From the IMG/VR virus record IMGVR_UViG_3300030060_000739, positions 1-59,060 of that record: DNA of 59,060 nucleotides; one strand, given 5' to 3'. This DNA is from a virus (Duplodnaviria > Caudoviricetes). Under the pieces are notes generated by a model that did not search any database, had not been told where the DNA came from, and saw only the letters and a list, made by a program, of their open reading frames with translations. A program made the translations under genes and the position numbers. How positions within the stretch are numbered: the stretch's first letter is position 1; each line of letters opens with the position of its first letter. Below, piece after piece: positions 1 to 8,456 of the stretch.

Positions 1-87
1 GTAGCTATGTTGTCAAATTTTTTATTGATACCGATGGCTAATTTTATTTTAGACTTAGCTGGTTCTAAAAACGTAGTACCATTAATA
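1..87. repeat. Terminal overlap with 58974-59060 (circular closure)
   Basis: 1-87 matches 58974-59060 with 3 mismatches (positions 10, 12, 18); the holin frame continues across the junction. Confidence 0.95.
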
Positions 88-183
88 GAACTAGAAACTA
101 TGATGCCTGTTTTGATGGGCATGTTGGGTCTCGGTGCTATGAGAAGCTACGAGAAAGTAAAAAACGTGAGTAGGGAAAAATAA
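1..183 (+). CDS. 3' part of 3TM holin (continues from 58752)
   Basis: Frame 1 reads VAMLSNFLLIPMANF...PVLMGMLGLGAMRSYEK, TAA at 181-183 overlapping the lysozyme ATG; LLGLGxxRxxEK-type tail of GTA-type 3TM holins. Confidence 0.85.
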   Translation, partial: VAMLSNFLLIPMANFILDLAGSKNVVPLIELETMMPVLMGMLGLGAMRSYEKVKNVSREK

Positions 184-608
184 TGGAAAGCATAATACGT
201 CTGTTAAGAAGACATGAAGGTGTCGAGCCTTATGCGTATAAAGATCACTTAGGTTATATCACGGTCGGTGTAGGTAGGTGTTTAGAAAAAGACGTGGGCA
301 TGGGCTTGTCTGATGATGAAATAGATTATCTACTGAGAAACGACATAGTCCGTGTACAAGAAGAGTTGAGCGAAGAGTATGACTGGTTTGCTGATCTTGA
401 CCAAGTCCGGCAGGAAGCAATGATTAATCTTTCATTCAACTTGGGTGCTACTCGTTTACGAGGTTTTAAAAACGCTCTAGCCGCCATGGCAAAAGAAGAC
501 TATGAAACAGCTGCTAATGAATTTATGGACAGTAAGTGGAGCAGCCAAGTAGGCAGAAGAGCTTATGAGGTTACTCAAATGATAAGGACAGGTGAGCACT
601 TCGCATGA
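183..608 (+). CDS. Endolysin, T4-like lysozyme (GH24)
   Basis: HEG-x6-YKDHLG-x2-TVGVGR (E-D-T catalytic pattern); DSKWxxQVGxRA; follows holin. Confidence 0.9.
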   Translation: MESIIRLLRRHEGVEPYAYKDHLGYITVGVGRCLEKDVGMGLSDDEIDYLLRNDIVRVQEELSEEYDWFADLDQVRQEAMINLSFNLGATRLRGFKNALAAMAKEDYETAANEFMDSKWSSQVGRRAYEVTQMIRTGEHFA

Positions 609-2470
609 CCCTAAGTAAGTTCGTCTTTCGTCCTGGCATAAACCGAGAGGGGACAGCCTACGATAATGAAGGAGGTTGGTTTGATTCCAACTTAATTCGT
701 TTTAAAGACGGACGGCCTGAAAAATTTGGTGGTTGGACAAAAGACACGCTTTCTACATATCTCGGTAAAGCGAGAGCACTTCATGCTTATGTTTCATTAG
801 AGGGCACTAAGTATTTAGGGCTAGGAACTACAGTTAAATACTACATCAAACAAGGCACGAACTTTGATGATATCACACCTATAAGATCTACGACCAGTGC
901 AGGTGATGTAACGTTTGCTGCCACTAACGGCAGTAGCACGATTACTGTCACTGATACAAGCCACGGTGCAGCTACGAATGACTTCGTAACATTTTCTGGG
1001 GCAGCCTCATTGGGGGGCAATGTTACTGCCACTGTTCTAAATCAAGAGTATCAAATACTTTTAGTCACTGGTGTAAACACATATGAAATTACAGCAAAAG
1101 ACACATCAGGAACAACAGTAACAGCTAACGCCAGTGATAGCGGCAACGGAGGCAGCTCTACCGTAGGAACGTACCAGATAAATGTTGGTCTTGATGTCTA
1201 TGTAGCTTCTACTGGCTGGGGCACAGGCACATGGGGTGCTGGTACTTGGGGCAGTTCTACTGCTATATCTGCTAGTAATCAGTTGAGGTTGTGGACTCAC
1301 GATCACTTCGGTGATAATTTAATTATAAACCCTAGAGGTGGAGGTATTTATCGCTGGATAGAAAATAGTGGATCTTCTGTTAGAGCTGTTGAGCTTGCTA
1401 CAACATCTGGTGCGGTTGAAGTTCCTACGATAGGTCTACAGGTAATTACTTCAGAAAAAGACAGGCATCTGATAGTTTTAGGTGCAGATCCTTTTGACGG
1501 TACTTCTCGTAGTGGAGCGAGTGATCCGATGTTGATAGCGTTTAGTGATCAAGAGAATGAACTAGACTTTCAGCCAAGAAGCACTAACACAGCTGGTTCT
1601 TTGAGGTTGTCTTCTGGCAGTGCTATCATTGGAGCTGTAAAGTCTCGTCAAGAAATTTTAATCTGGACAGACACAGCACTATACAGTATGCAGTTTATAG
1701 GACCACCGTTTACCTTCGGCGTAAACTTGATCAACGAGAACACAGGTTTATCCGCGCCGAAAGCAGCAGTTACAGCACCTTCTGGTGTTTACTGGATGGG
1801 GTATGATAACTTTTACGTGTATACAGGTTCAGTTAGAAAACTGCCTTGTAGTATCTTAAGTTATGTGTTTGACGACTTTAATGCTAGTCAAATATTTAAA
1901 ACCCACGCTTTTACAAACACTAAATATGACGAAGTGGGTTGGTTTTACTGTTCAGCAAGTTCTGATGAAATAGACCGTTACGTTATTTATAACTATCAAG
2001 ATAATGTTTGGGCATACGGTCAACTGAGAAGATACGCATGGTTAGATGCAGGAGTGGAACCTTATCCTCGAGCTACGGACTCAAATTTACTTTATGAACA
2101 CGAGACTGGTTACGATGATGACGGTAGTCCTATGACTAATGTGTTCATAGAGTCTAGTGACTTTGACATAGGGGATGGAGAACAGTTCGCTTTTATAAAT
2201 AGAATAATTCCTGATATACGGTTTTTAAGTAATGCTAGTGATGGTCAGGTAAATATTGTTCTCAAAACCAGAAACTTTCCTGGTGATAGTCTAATCACAA
2301 ACAGCACATCAGCTATATCAAGTACAACTCAACAATCACACGTTCGCGCTAGGGCACGTCAAGCTGTGCTTAGGGTTGAGTCTGATGATGACAATACAGC
2401 AGCTAACACTTCTACAGGATGGAGATTAGGCGCGACTAGGATGGATGTTAGATCAGACGGTAGAAGATGA
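605..2470 (+). CDS. Tail nozzle / packaged-DNA stabilisation protein (P22 gp10-like)
   Basis: 621 aa beta-rich; PGINRE start, WGxGTWG repeat, C-terminal WRLG..R.D...DGRR; precedes ejection genes. Confidence 0.65.
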   Translation: MTLSKFVFRPGINREGTAYDNEGGWFDSNLIRFKDGRPEKFGGWTKDTLSTYLGKARALHAYVSLEGTKYLGLGTTVKYYIKQGTNFDDITPIRSTTSAGDVTFAATNGSSTITVTDTSHGAATNDFVTFSGAASLGGNVTATVLNQEYQILLVTGVNTYEITAKDTSGTTVTANASDSGNGGSSTVGTYQINVGLDVYVASTGWGTGTWGAGTWGSSTAISASNQLRLWTHDHFGDNLIINPRGGGIYRWIENSGSSVRAVELATTSGAVEVPTIGLQVITSEKDRHLIVLGADPFDGTSRSGASDPMLIAFSDQENELDFQPRSTNTAGSLRLSSGSAIIGAVKSRQEILIWTDTALYSMQFIGPPFTFGVNLINENTGLSAPKAAVTAPSGVYWMGYDNFYVYTGSVRKLPCSILSYVFDDFNASQIFKTHAFTNTKYDEVGWFYCSASSDEIDRYVIYNYQDNVWAYGQLRRYAWLDAGVEPYPRATDSNLLYEHETGYDDDGSPMTNVFIESSDFDIGDGEQFAFINRIIPDIRFLSNASDGQVNIVLKTRNFPGDSLITNSTSAISSTTQQSHVRARARQAVLRVESDDDNTAANTSTGWRLGATRMDVRSDGRR

Positions 2471-2796
2471 GTAAGTTATTAGTCACTCGTCTTCCTGTGG
2501 AGATGGAAGAGACTGTTCGGGGGGACACATATAACCGTCTAGTTAGAGTATTAGAATTAAACTTAGGTGAGTTTGACCCAGACACAACTAGACAAATAAA
2601 CGATACAGATAAAGGGCAAGCACAATTTAACGCAGGTAGTTTAGTCTGGAACACGAACAATCAATCATTAGAAGTATATACAGGCAACGAGTGGCTGACT
2701 ATCAGTACACCACAGGAGGACCATGGTTTTTCAGCTACTGCGAGCGTAGGGGCTGTTACGGTTAATATAGCAGGATCAACTACCATAACCCTTTGA
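2467..2796 (+). CDS. Hypothetical virion protein
   Basis: ATGA-coupled ORF; GSLVWNT...LEVYTGNEW tail-protein-like motif. Confidence 0.6.
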   Translation: MSKLLVTRLPVEMEETVRGDTYNRLVRVLELNLGEFDPDTTRQINDTDKGQAQFNAGSLVWNTNNQSLEVYTGNEWLTISTPQEDHGFSATASVGAVTVNIAGSTTITL

Positions 2797-2851
2797 TGGT
2801 AAAGGAATATACAATGATTTATAAATTAGTTAGACTAAAATATCACAGGAG

Positions 2852-4087
2852 TTGAACATAATGCAAGCTCAAGGTATTGATAGTTTAACAGATTTAGCGG
2901 ATGCTCGTTTTGCTTTGAGCATTCAGGGTAGATTCGGTGACACTATGATAGGTCACTTGACTCCTGGAGAGATGGTTTTACCACGCCCTATAGCTGATGA
3001 CCCTGTACTAAAAAGACAATTATTTGAAGCCTTTGACAGGCACGAACTCAATCCCCACCAATATCAAGTGGGTCACTTTGATAACTCAATAAACCCTATG
3101 ACAGGAGCACCTGAGTTCGGGTTCTTCAAAGAGTTAGGTAAGTTAGTTAAAAAAGCAGCACCTGTTATAGGTTCTGTTGTTGGTTTCGCTCTCGGTGGAC
3201 CCCCTGGTGCAGCGATTGGTGGCGGCATTGGGGGCGGTGTAAAACACGGAAGTATTGAAGGCGTGGCGCGTGGTGCTGCGATGGGTTATATCGGTGGTAA
3301 TATAGCTGTCGGTGCAGGAGTTGACCCTACAGCAGGATTAGCTGGTCTGAACCCTTTTGGTGAAGCTTCTATGTTTGCTAACTTAGGGGCCACACCTACA
3401 GACGCAGTGGGTATAGGTGGGCTATTTCAAAACTTAGGAGCCAGAGGAGCTGCGGCACTGGGCATGGGTGAGATCCCAGCAGGATCTGCGGCAGCGAATC
3501 TTTTCGGTAAAGAAGGATATTTTTCTGGACTAAGTGGATTACAAAAGGCAGGTGTTGCAGGGCTGGGTTTGGCAGCTCTAGGTGGATTCGCTCCTGGTGA
3601 AGATGATGCACAGATGCCTGGACCTAGCGGAGAGTTAGGCGGTTACTTACAACGACCTCTTACACCAGCTACACTACCGACACAGTATGGCACTGAAGGT
3701 GTACAATTAGCTGGCTCAGGCATTGGCGGTCTGCCTGGAGCCATGCCTCAATCTTTTGCGGGTGTTGATCCTACTACACAGTTTTTAGCCAGTGCTTTAA
3801 TAGACCAAGATTATAATCAACTGGCGTACCCTACGTTTGAAAGAGTAGGCGTAAAGTATGGAGGAGAGCTAGACCTTAGGAAGACAGGCGGTGACATATC
3901 CGACCCAGAAGGGGCTGGTGATGTAGATACTGTCGACGCTAAGTTAGCGGACGGTGAGTTCGTTATAACTAAACAAGCTGTTAAAGGTATAGGTGACGGG
4001 GACCACTCTAAAGGCATACAAAGGTTATATGACGCTATGGCAATGAACGAGATGAAAGCTCAAAAAATGGGAATGGGGAGAGCTTAA
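2852..4087 (+). CDS. Putative internal/ejection protein
   Basis: GRFGDTMIGHLTPGE, INPMTGAPEF and DTVDAKLADGEFV motifs; Gly/Ala hydrophobic stretches. Confidence 0.6.
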   Translation: MNIMQAQGIDSLTDLADARFALSIQGRFGDTMIGHLTPGEMVLPRPIADDPVLKRQLFEAFDRHELNPHQYQVGHFDNSINPMTGAPEFGFFKELGKLVKKAAPVIGSVVGFALGGPPGAAIGGGIGGGVKHGSIEGVARGAAMGYIGGNIAVGAGVDPTAGLAGLNPFGEASMFANLGATPTDAVGIGGLFQNLGARGAAALGMGEIPAGSAAANLFGKEGYFSGLSGLQKAGVAGLGLAALGGFAPGEDDAQMPGPSGELGGYLQRPLTPATLPTQYGTEGVQLAGSGIGGLPGAMPQSFAGVDPTTQFLASALIDQDYNQLAYPTFERVGVKYGGELDLRKTGGDISDPEGAGDVDTVDAKLADGEFVITKQAVKGIGDGDHSKGIQRLYDAMAMNEMKAQKMGMGRA

Positions 4088-5964
4088 TGGCTGAAGAAAC
4101 AGCATATTCAAGAGTTGAACAGTTACCTCCTCAGTATTTAGCTGACTTTTATGCAGGTGTTCCTGGAGCTAATGTTCCGGGAATCATGCCGTTGCTCAAC
4201 CAAGAGCTTGTAAACAGGATGATGACTTTTGGTGTAGAGGGTGCTAACCCCTTTACCTACACCGGAGAACGTATAGCAGACTTTACCCCAGCTGAGCAAG
4301 AAGCGTTCCGTCTGACAGCAGAGGGTATGGGTTCATACTTACCGTACTTTCAACAAGCTGAAGCTCTCACGCAAGAAGGCGTAGGTACAAGTAGAGCGGG
4401 ACTAGCTAATCTAGAAAATCGTTTAAATCAAGCTGTCGCTGCCGGAGAGATGAGCACGGATGAAGCTCTAGGATTACTTAGGCAAGCTCCAGGAGTAGGC
4501 CAAGCTGCTACAGCACAGGGCATGCAGAGACTAGACCAAGCTGGCGGCACACTAGGTGCCGCTCAAGATTTAATCGGTCAATCTGGTTTAGATTTATCAG
4601 AATCTGCTGGTATACTTAGAAGTTCTAGGCCAGATTTAACTTCGGCACGTGCCGATATAAGTGGTGCCGACACTGATTTACGTGAAGCTTTATCTACTGT
4701 CCGTGGTGCTGGAGCCGATCTAAGTGAAGCACAAAGACTAACTAGAGGAGCGACTTTTGACCCTAGTACAGCTAGTGGTATTATAGGGGGAGGGTTAGGT
4801 AGATTAGGTCAGTCTGCTGTAGCAGGGGCTAGTTCAACAGGTCAGTTTGATCCCAGTGGTATAGCTAGTTTCTATAATCCGTTTGAGCAACAAGTTGTTG
4901 ATCAAGTTTTAGAAGACGTTAGTAAAGGTCTATCTCAAAGTGATATCGCGAGAAGAGCCTCTGCTGTCGGGGCTGGAGCTTTCGGTGGTTCTCGCAGTAG
5001 ATTACAGGGCGAAGAATTAGCTGAAGCGGCAGCTCGTGGCGCAGCTCAACAGGTCGGAGCGATTAGAGCAGGTGGTTATCAAGACGCAGCTAGACAAGCA
5101 CAGGCAGCTTTTGAATCTCAACAGGCACGCCAAGCTAATCAAGCTAATCTTCTGGCTAACCTTGGGGCTCAACAGAGTGCCATAGGCGGTGCTTTAGGTA
5201 ATCTAGGGTTGAGTGCTGCAGCTTCTGATAGAGCTACAGCTGGACAGTTAGGTAGTTTAGGTCTTTCCGCAGCTGGTCAAGATTTAGCGAGAGGTCAGGC
5301 GTTAGGTAGTTTAGGTCTGGCTGGGGGATCTCAAGATTTAGCGAGAGGTCAGGCGTTAGGTAGTTTAGGTTTATCTGAGGGTGCTCAAGGTCTTTCAGCT
5401 GCTCAAACTCTAGCAGGGTTAGAAAGTGCTCAAGCGGGACAAGGGCTTAGGCAAGCTGGTGCGTTAGGAAACATAGCTAGTCAACAAGCAGGTTTAGGTG
5501 GACAGACAGCTGCTATGGGTCAAAACCTCGCAGGTCTACTAGGAACAACAGCTGGCGGTATCGGTAGTTTAGGTGGTAACTTAGCTAATATCTACGGCGG
5601 TGCGGGTAGGGATGCTCTAGGTGGCGCCACTCAGGTTGGAGGCATGACAGGTGCTGCAGGTCAACAGTTAGCAGGACTAGGCCAAGGTGTAAGTGGCTTG
5701 ATGGGTACAGATATAGCGAGACTAGCAAACGTCGGCCAACAACAAAGAGGCATGGACCAGAGAGGTCTAGACCTAGCATACCAGAACTTTGTTGGTCAGT
5801 ATAACCAACCTCTGCAGACGATCGGTCAGATAGGTGGCATAGCTGCTGGATTCTCACCGGCTCTTGGCGGCACCACGTTACAGCAACAACAAACAGGTAA
5901 TACAACTAACCCACTGATGCAGGCAGCTGGCACAGGACTCGCCGCATACGGAGCATTGACTTAA
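4087..5964 (+). CDS. Putative DNA pilot/ejection protein
   Basis: A/G/Q-rich helical repeats; YNPF.QQV and GAFGGSR motifs typical of podovirus pilot proteins. Confidence 0.65.
   Translation: MAEETAYSRVEQLPPQYLADFYAGVPGANVPGIMPLLNQELVNRMMTFGVEGANPFTYTGERIADFTPAEQEAFRLTAEGMGSYLPYFQQAEALTQEGVGTSRAGLANLENRLNQAVAAGEMSTDEALGLLRQAPGVGQAATAQGMQRLDQAGGTLGAAQDLIGQSGLDLSESAGILRSSRPDLTSARADISGADTDLREALSTVRGAGADLSEAQRLTRGATFDPSTASGIIGGGLGRLGQSAVAGASSTGQFDPSGIASFYNPFEQQVVDQVLEDVSKGLSQSDIARRASAVGAGAFGGSRSRLQGEELAEAAARGAAQQVGAIRAGGYQDAARQAQAAFESQQARQANQANLLANLGAQQSAIGGALGNLGLSAAASDRATAGQLGSLGLSAAGQDLARGQALGSLGLAGGSQDLARGQALGSLGLSEGAQGLSAAQTLAGLESAQAGQGLRQAGALGNIASQQAGLGGQTAAMGQNLAGLLGTTAGGIGSLGGNLANIYGGAGRDALGGATQVGGMTGAAGQQLAGLGQGVSGLMGTDIARLANVGQQQRGMDQRGLDLAYQNFVGQYNQPLQTIGQIGGIAAGFSPALGGTTLQQQQTGNTTNPLMQAAGTGLAAYGALT
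5277..5370 (+). repeat. 40-bp exact direct repeat, 54-nt period (QDLARGQALGSLG)
   Basis: tcaagatttagcgagaggtcaggcgttaggtagtttaggt at 5277 and 5331. Confidence 0.9.
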
Positions 5965-8456
5965 TGAATATTGGTCCAAGAACCATGAGAATCACACCTG
6001 ACTCTGCGGAGATGGGCAGTCAACCGTATCAAAACGAAACGATAGAGCAAGCCATAGTAAGACTAGGCAGAGAAGGTTTAGCGATTGATCAAATAGCTCA
6101 ACTAGTCGGTGCTCCTCAAGATGTAGTAGCGCAAGTTTTAGGACCGAGAGTTGATGGTGGTTTTGGGACTACTGACTTTCCTCTTGGTTTCCCTGGTCAA
6201 GGTTATCGCGGACGTCAACTTGAGCAGGTCATGCAGAGAAGACAGCCCGACATGACTGACATGGGCATCGGTTCTTTGACTACAGATGATGATCAGCTAA
6301 CTAATGTGGTAAAACAAGGGTTCAGTACTACTGATTTAGTAGACGACATGCTCAAGCTACAAATAACTAGCCCACAAGCATATAGAACAGAAGCCGAGAC
6401 GATTAACTCATTACGCATGGCTGGCGTTGGTTTAGAAGATGAAGATTTAGATCAGCTAGACGCCGAAGATGACTTGACTAAAAAAGTTACCATGGCGACT
6501 ATAGCCGGTGCTGCTGGAGCTGGTCAGAACGACCCCAACACAAGAGACACTATATCTACAGTAGACAGTATAAATTCATACTTCAGTCAAAACCCCGAAG
6601 AGATGAAAGAACAGTTAGGGGTCTATAAAAAAGCAGCAGAAATATTTTACGATGTTTCTGATATCAAAAAGTTAGTTCCTGAGCCTGATAAATCTCTACC
6701 GTTTTTAGTGGCTGGTGCTGCTCTTATACAGTCTGGTGAGAAAGGCGAAAGCTGGGGATCAGCTTTATCAAAAGCGTTTTTGAATTACGGTATAACGAAG
6801 TCAAAAGAAAAGAAGGCAACTCAAAAACAACTTACAGCTATCGACATGGCGAGGGAGCAGGGTATACAAGAGTTTGCTGCTTCTATGTACATGGCTGATA
6901 TGAAAGAGAAAAACGCAGCTGTAAGAGCCTTGCGTAATCAAGACGCTCAACTTTACAAGATAGCAGGTTTCCCTAACGCTGTACCGTTGACCGATTCTGA
7001 ATTACTCGCCTTGCGACAACTAAATCCTAACTCAATACTGGGTAAATGGACAGATAAAGACGGAGTTTTGAAAAACTTCACACTGACCGATGATAACGGT
7101 AATATGATGGTAAAAGCTCTAACAGATGCCGGAGCTAAACAGCTACAGGATAGCGGAAAATATGCTGAAATACAGGTCGGTAATTTATTGTCGGGTTTAA
7201 AGATGTATAATGTTGACGGCGTCAATCAAATGATGCTGCCTCAGCAAGCTCAAGAGGCCCAACAAGCAGGTAAAAGCATTAAAACTGCTAGTGGTTCAGC
7301 TAAGTTTGTAGAAGCTTTGAATACTAAGACGAACCGAGTTGAGTTTATTACACCGGAGCAGCTCACAGCGCAACAAAAAAGCGGCACTAATCTATACGTC
7401 CCTGTACAAGATAATATGACTTTCGCGTTTGATGATAAAGGCATGCCGATCATAGGTGATTCTAGATTCGTGTTAGGCATCTTAAGTCAGAAAGATGTTT
7501 CTAAAATAGTAAAAGAGTTCGGTGATACGTATAGGACATCCAGCTTCAATAGAGACAGAGTAATAGGAACGATTGACGAGATACGATCCGTGCTTGAAAG
7601 TGCAGAAGGCATGGAGACTCCAGTATTTTTCGGTACTGCTGGTGCTCTGACTAAAGCAGGTAAAAGAGTAGTCAGTGAAGTAAATCAACTTTCTAAAGTA
7701 TTTTCTGGCGCGGATCAAGGCTGGAGATTTATAAAAGATGATCAACCAATCTCATACAATAAATTTAAAGACGGCTTCGGACTGACAGATTATGTAGATG
7801 AGAGTGGTTTCGGTAAGTTTTTGACCCAATCAGGGCTCGCGAAAAAAGAAGCAGAAAATTTAATCTTTCAACTAGCTTTGACTAGCGCGATGTTAGAAGG
7901 TCAAAAAGGCAGAGACATATCTGATAAAGATATAGAAAGATTTTTAACCAGAGCTGGTGCTTACGCTACGTCAGAAGCTGAATTTAAAACACTATTAGAT
8001 AATCTAGAGTTCAGCGCGATAGATTATGTAGATAAACTAGCCAGCAATAATGTGCGGCTCAGTCCAGCAAGAATGAAGAACCCTGACGGTGACGGAACTG
8101 TTGGAGTGCTTCAATATAATTTTAAAGATATTATAGAAGAAGATGAGAATTACGCTCCTACTAAGGGCGGTGAAACTATCAGTCAAAGAAGAGAACGATT
8201 ACGAGATAGAAGAGTTATACCTGCCGGTCAAGTGACTCCTAGAGAAGAGAAACCTACAGGAACATCAAGTGCTATACTGCCTGGAGGTAATGAATTATCT
8301 GGTTATGGTAATAGGACCGTACACCAAGTCTACGAAGAAGCGATGGCAGACCCTAACCCCATGGCTTACCTCGCTAAAGTTAGAAAGAACTTAGGAAAAG
8401 ATTCTTTGGAATATCAAGCGATAGCTAGATACTACACCGCGAAGCAGAGCAGATAA
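5964..8456 (+). CDS. Putative large ejection protein
   Basis: 830-aa ORF coupled at both ends within the ejection cluster. Confidence 0.55.
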   Translation: MNIGPRTMRITPDSAEMGSQPYQNETIEQAIVRLGREGLAIDQIAQLVGAPQDVVAQVLGPRVDGGFGTTDFPLGFPGQGYRGRQLEQVMQRRQPDMTDMGIGSLTTDDDQLTNVVKQGFSTTDLVDDMLKLQITSPQAYRTEAETINSLRMAGVGLEDEDLDQLDAEDDLTKKVTMATIAGAAGAGQNDPNTRDTISTVDSINSYFSQNPEEMKEQLGVYKKAAEIFYDVSDIKKLVPEPDKSLPFLVAGAALIQSGEKGESWGSALSKAFLNYGITKSKEKKATQKQLTAIDMAREQGIQEFAASMYMADMKEKNAAVRALRNQDAQLYKIAGFPNAVPLTDSELLALRQLNPNSILGKWTDKDGVLKNFTLTDDNGNMMVKALTDAGAKQLQDSGKYAEIQVGNLLSGLKMYNVDGVNQMMLPQQAQEAQQAGKSIKTASGSAKFVEALNTKTNRVEFITPEQLTAQQKSGTNLYVPVQDNMTFAFDDKGMPIIGDSRFVLGILSQKDVSKIVKEFGDTYRTSSFNRDRVIGTIDEIRSVLESAEGMETPVFFGTAGALTKAGKRVVSEVNQLSKVFSGADQGWRFIKDDQPISYNKFKDGFGLTDYVDESGFGKFLTQSGLAKKEAENLIFQLALTSAMLEGQKGRDISDKDIERFLTRAGAYATSEAEFKTLLDNLEFSAIDYVDKLASNNVRLSPARMKNPDGDGTVGVLQYNFKDIIEEDENYAPTKGGETISQRRERLRDRRVIPAGQVTPREEKPTGTSSAILPGGNELSGYGNRTVHQVYEEAMADPNPMAYLAKVRKNLGKDSLEYQAIARYYTAKQSR

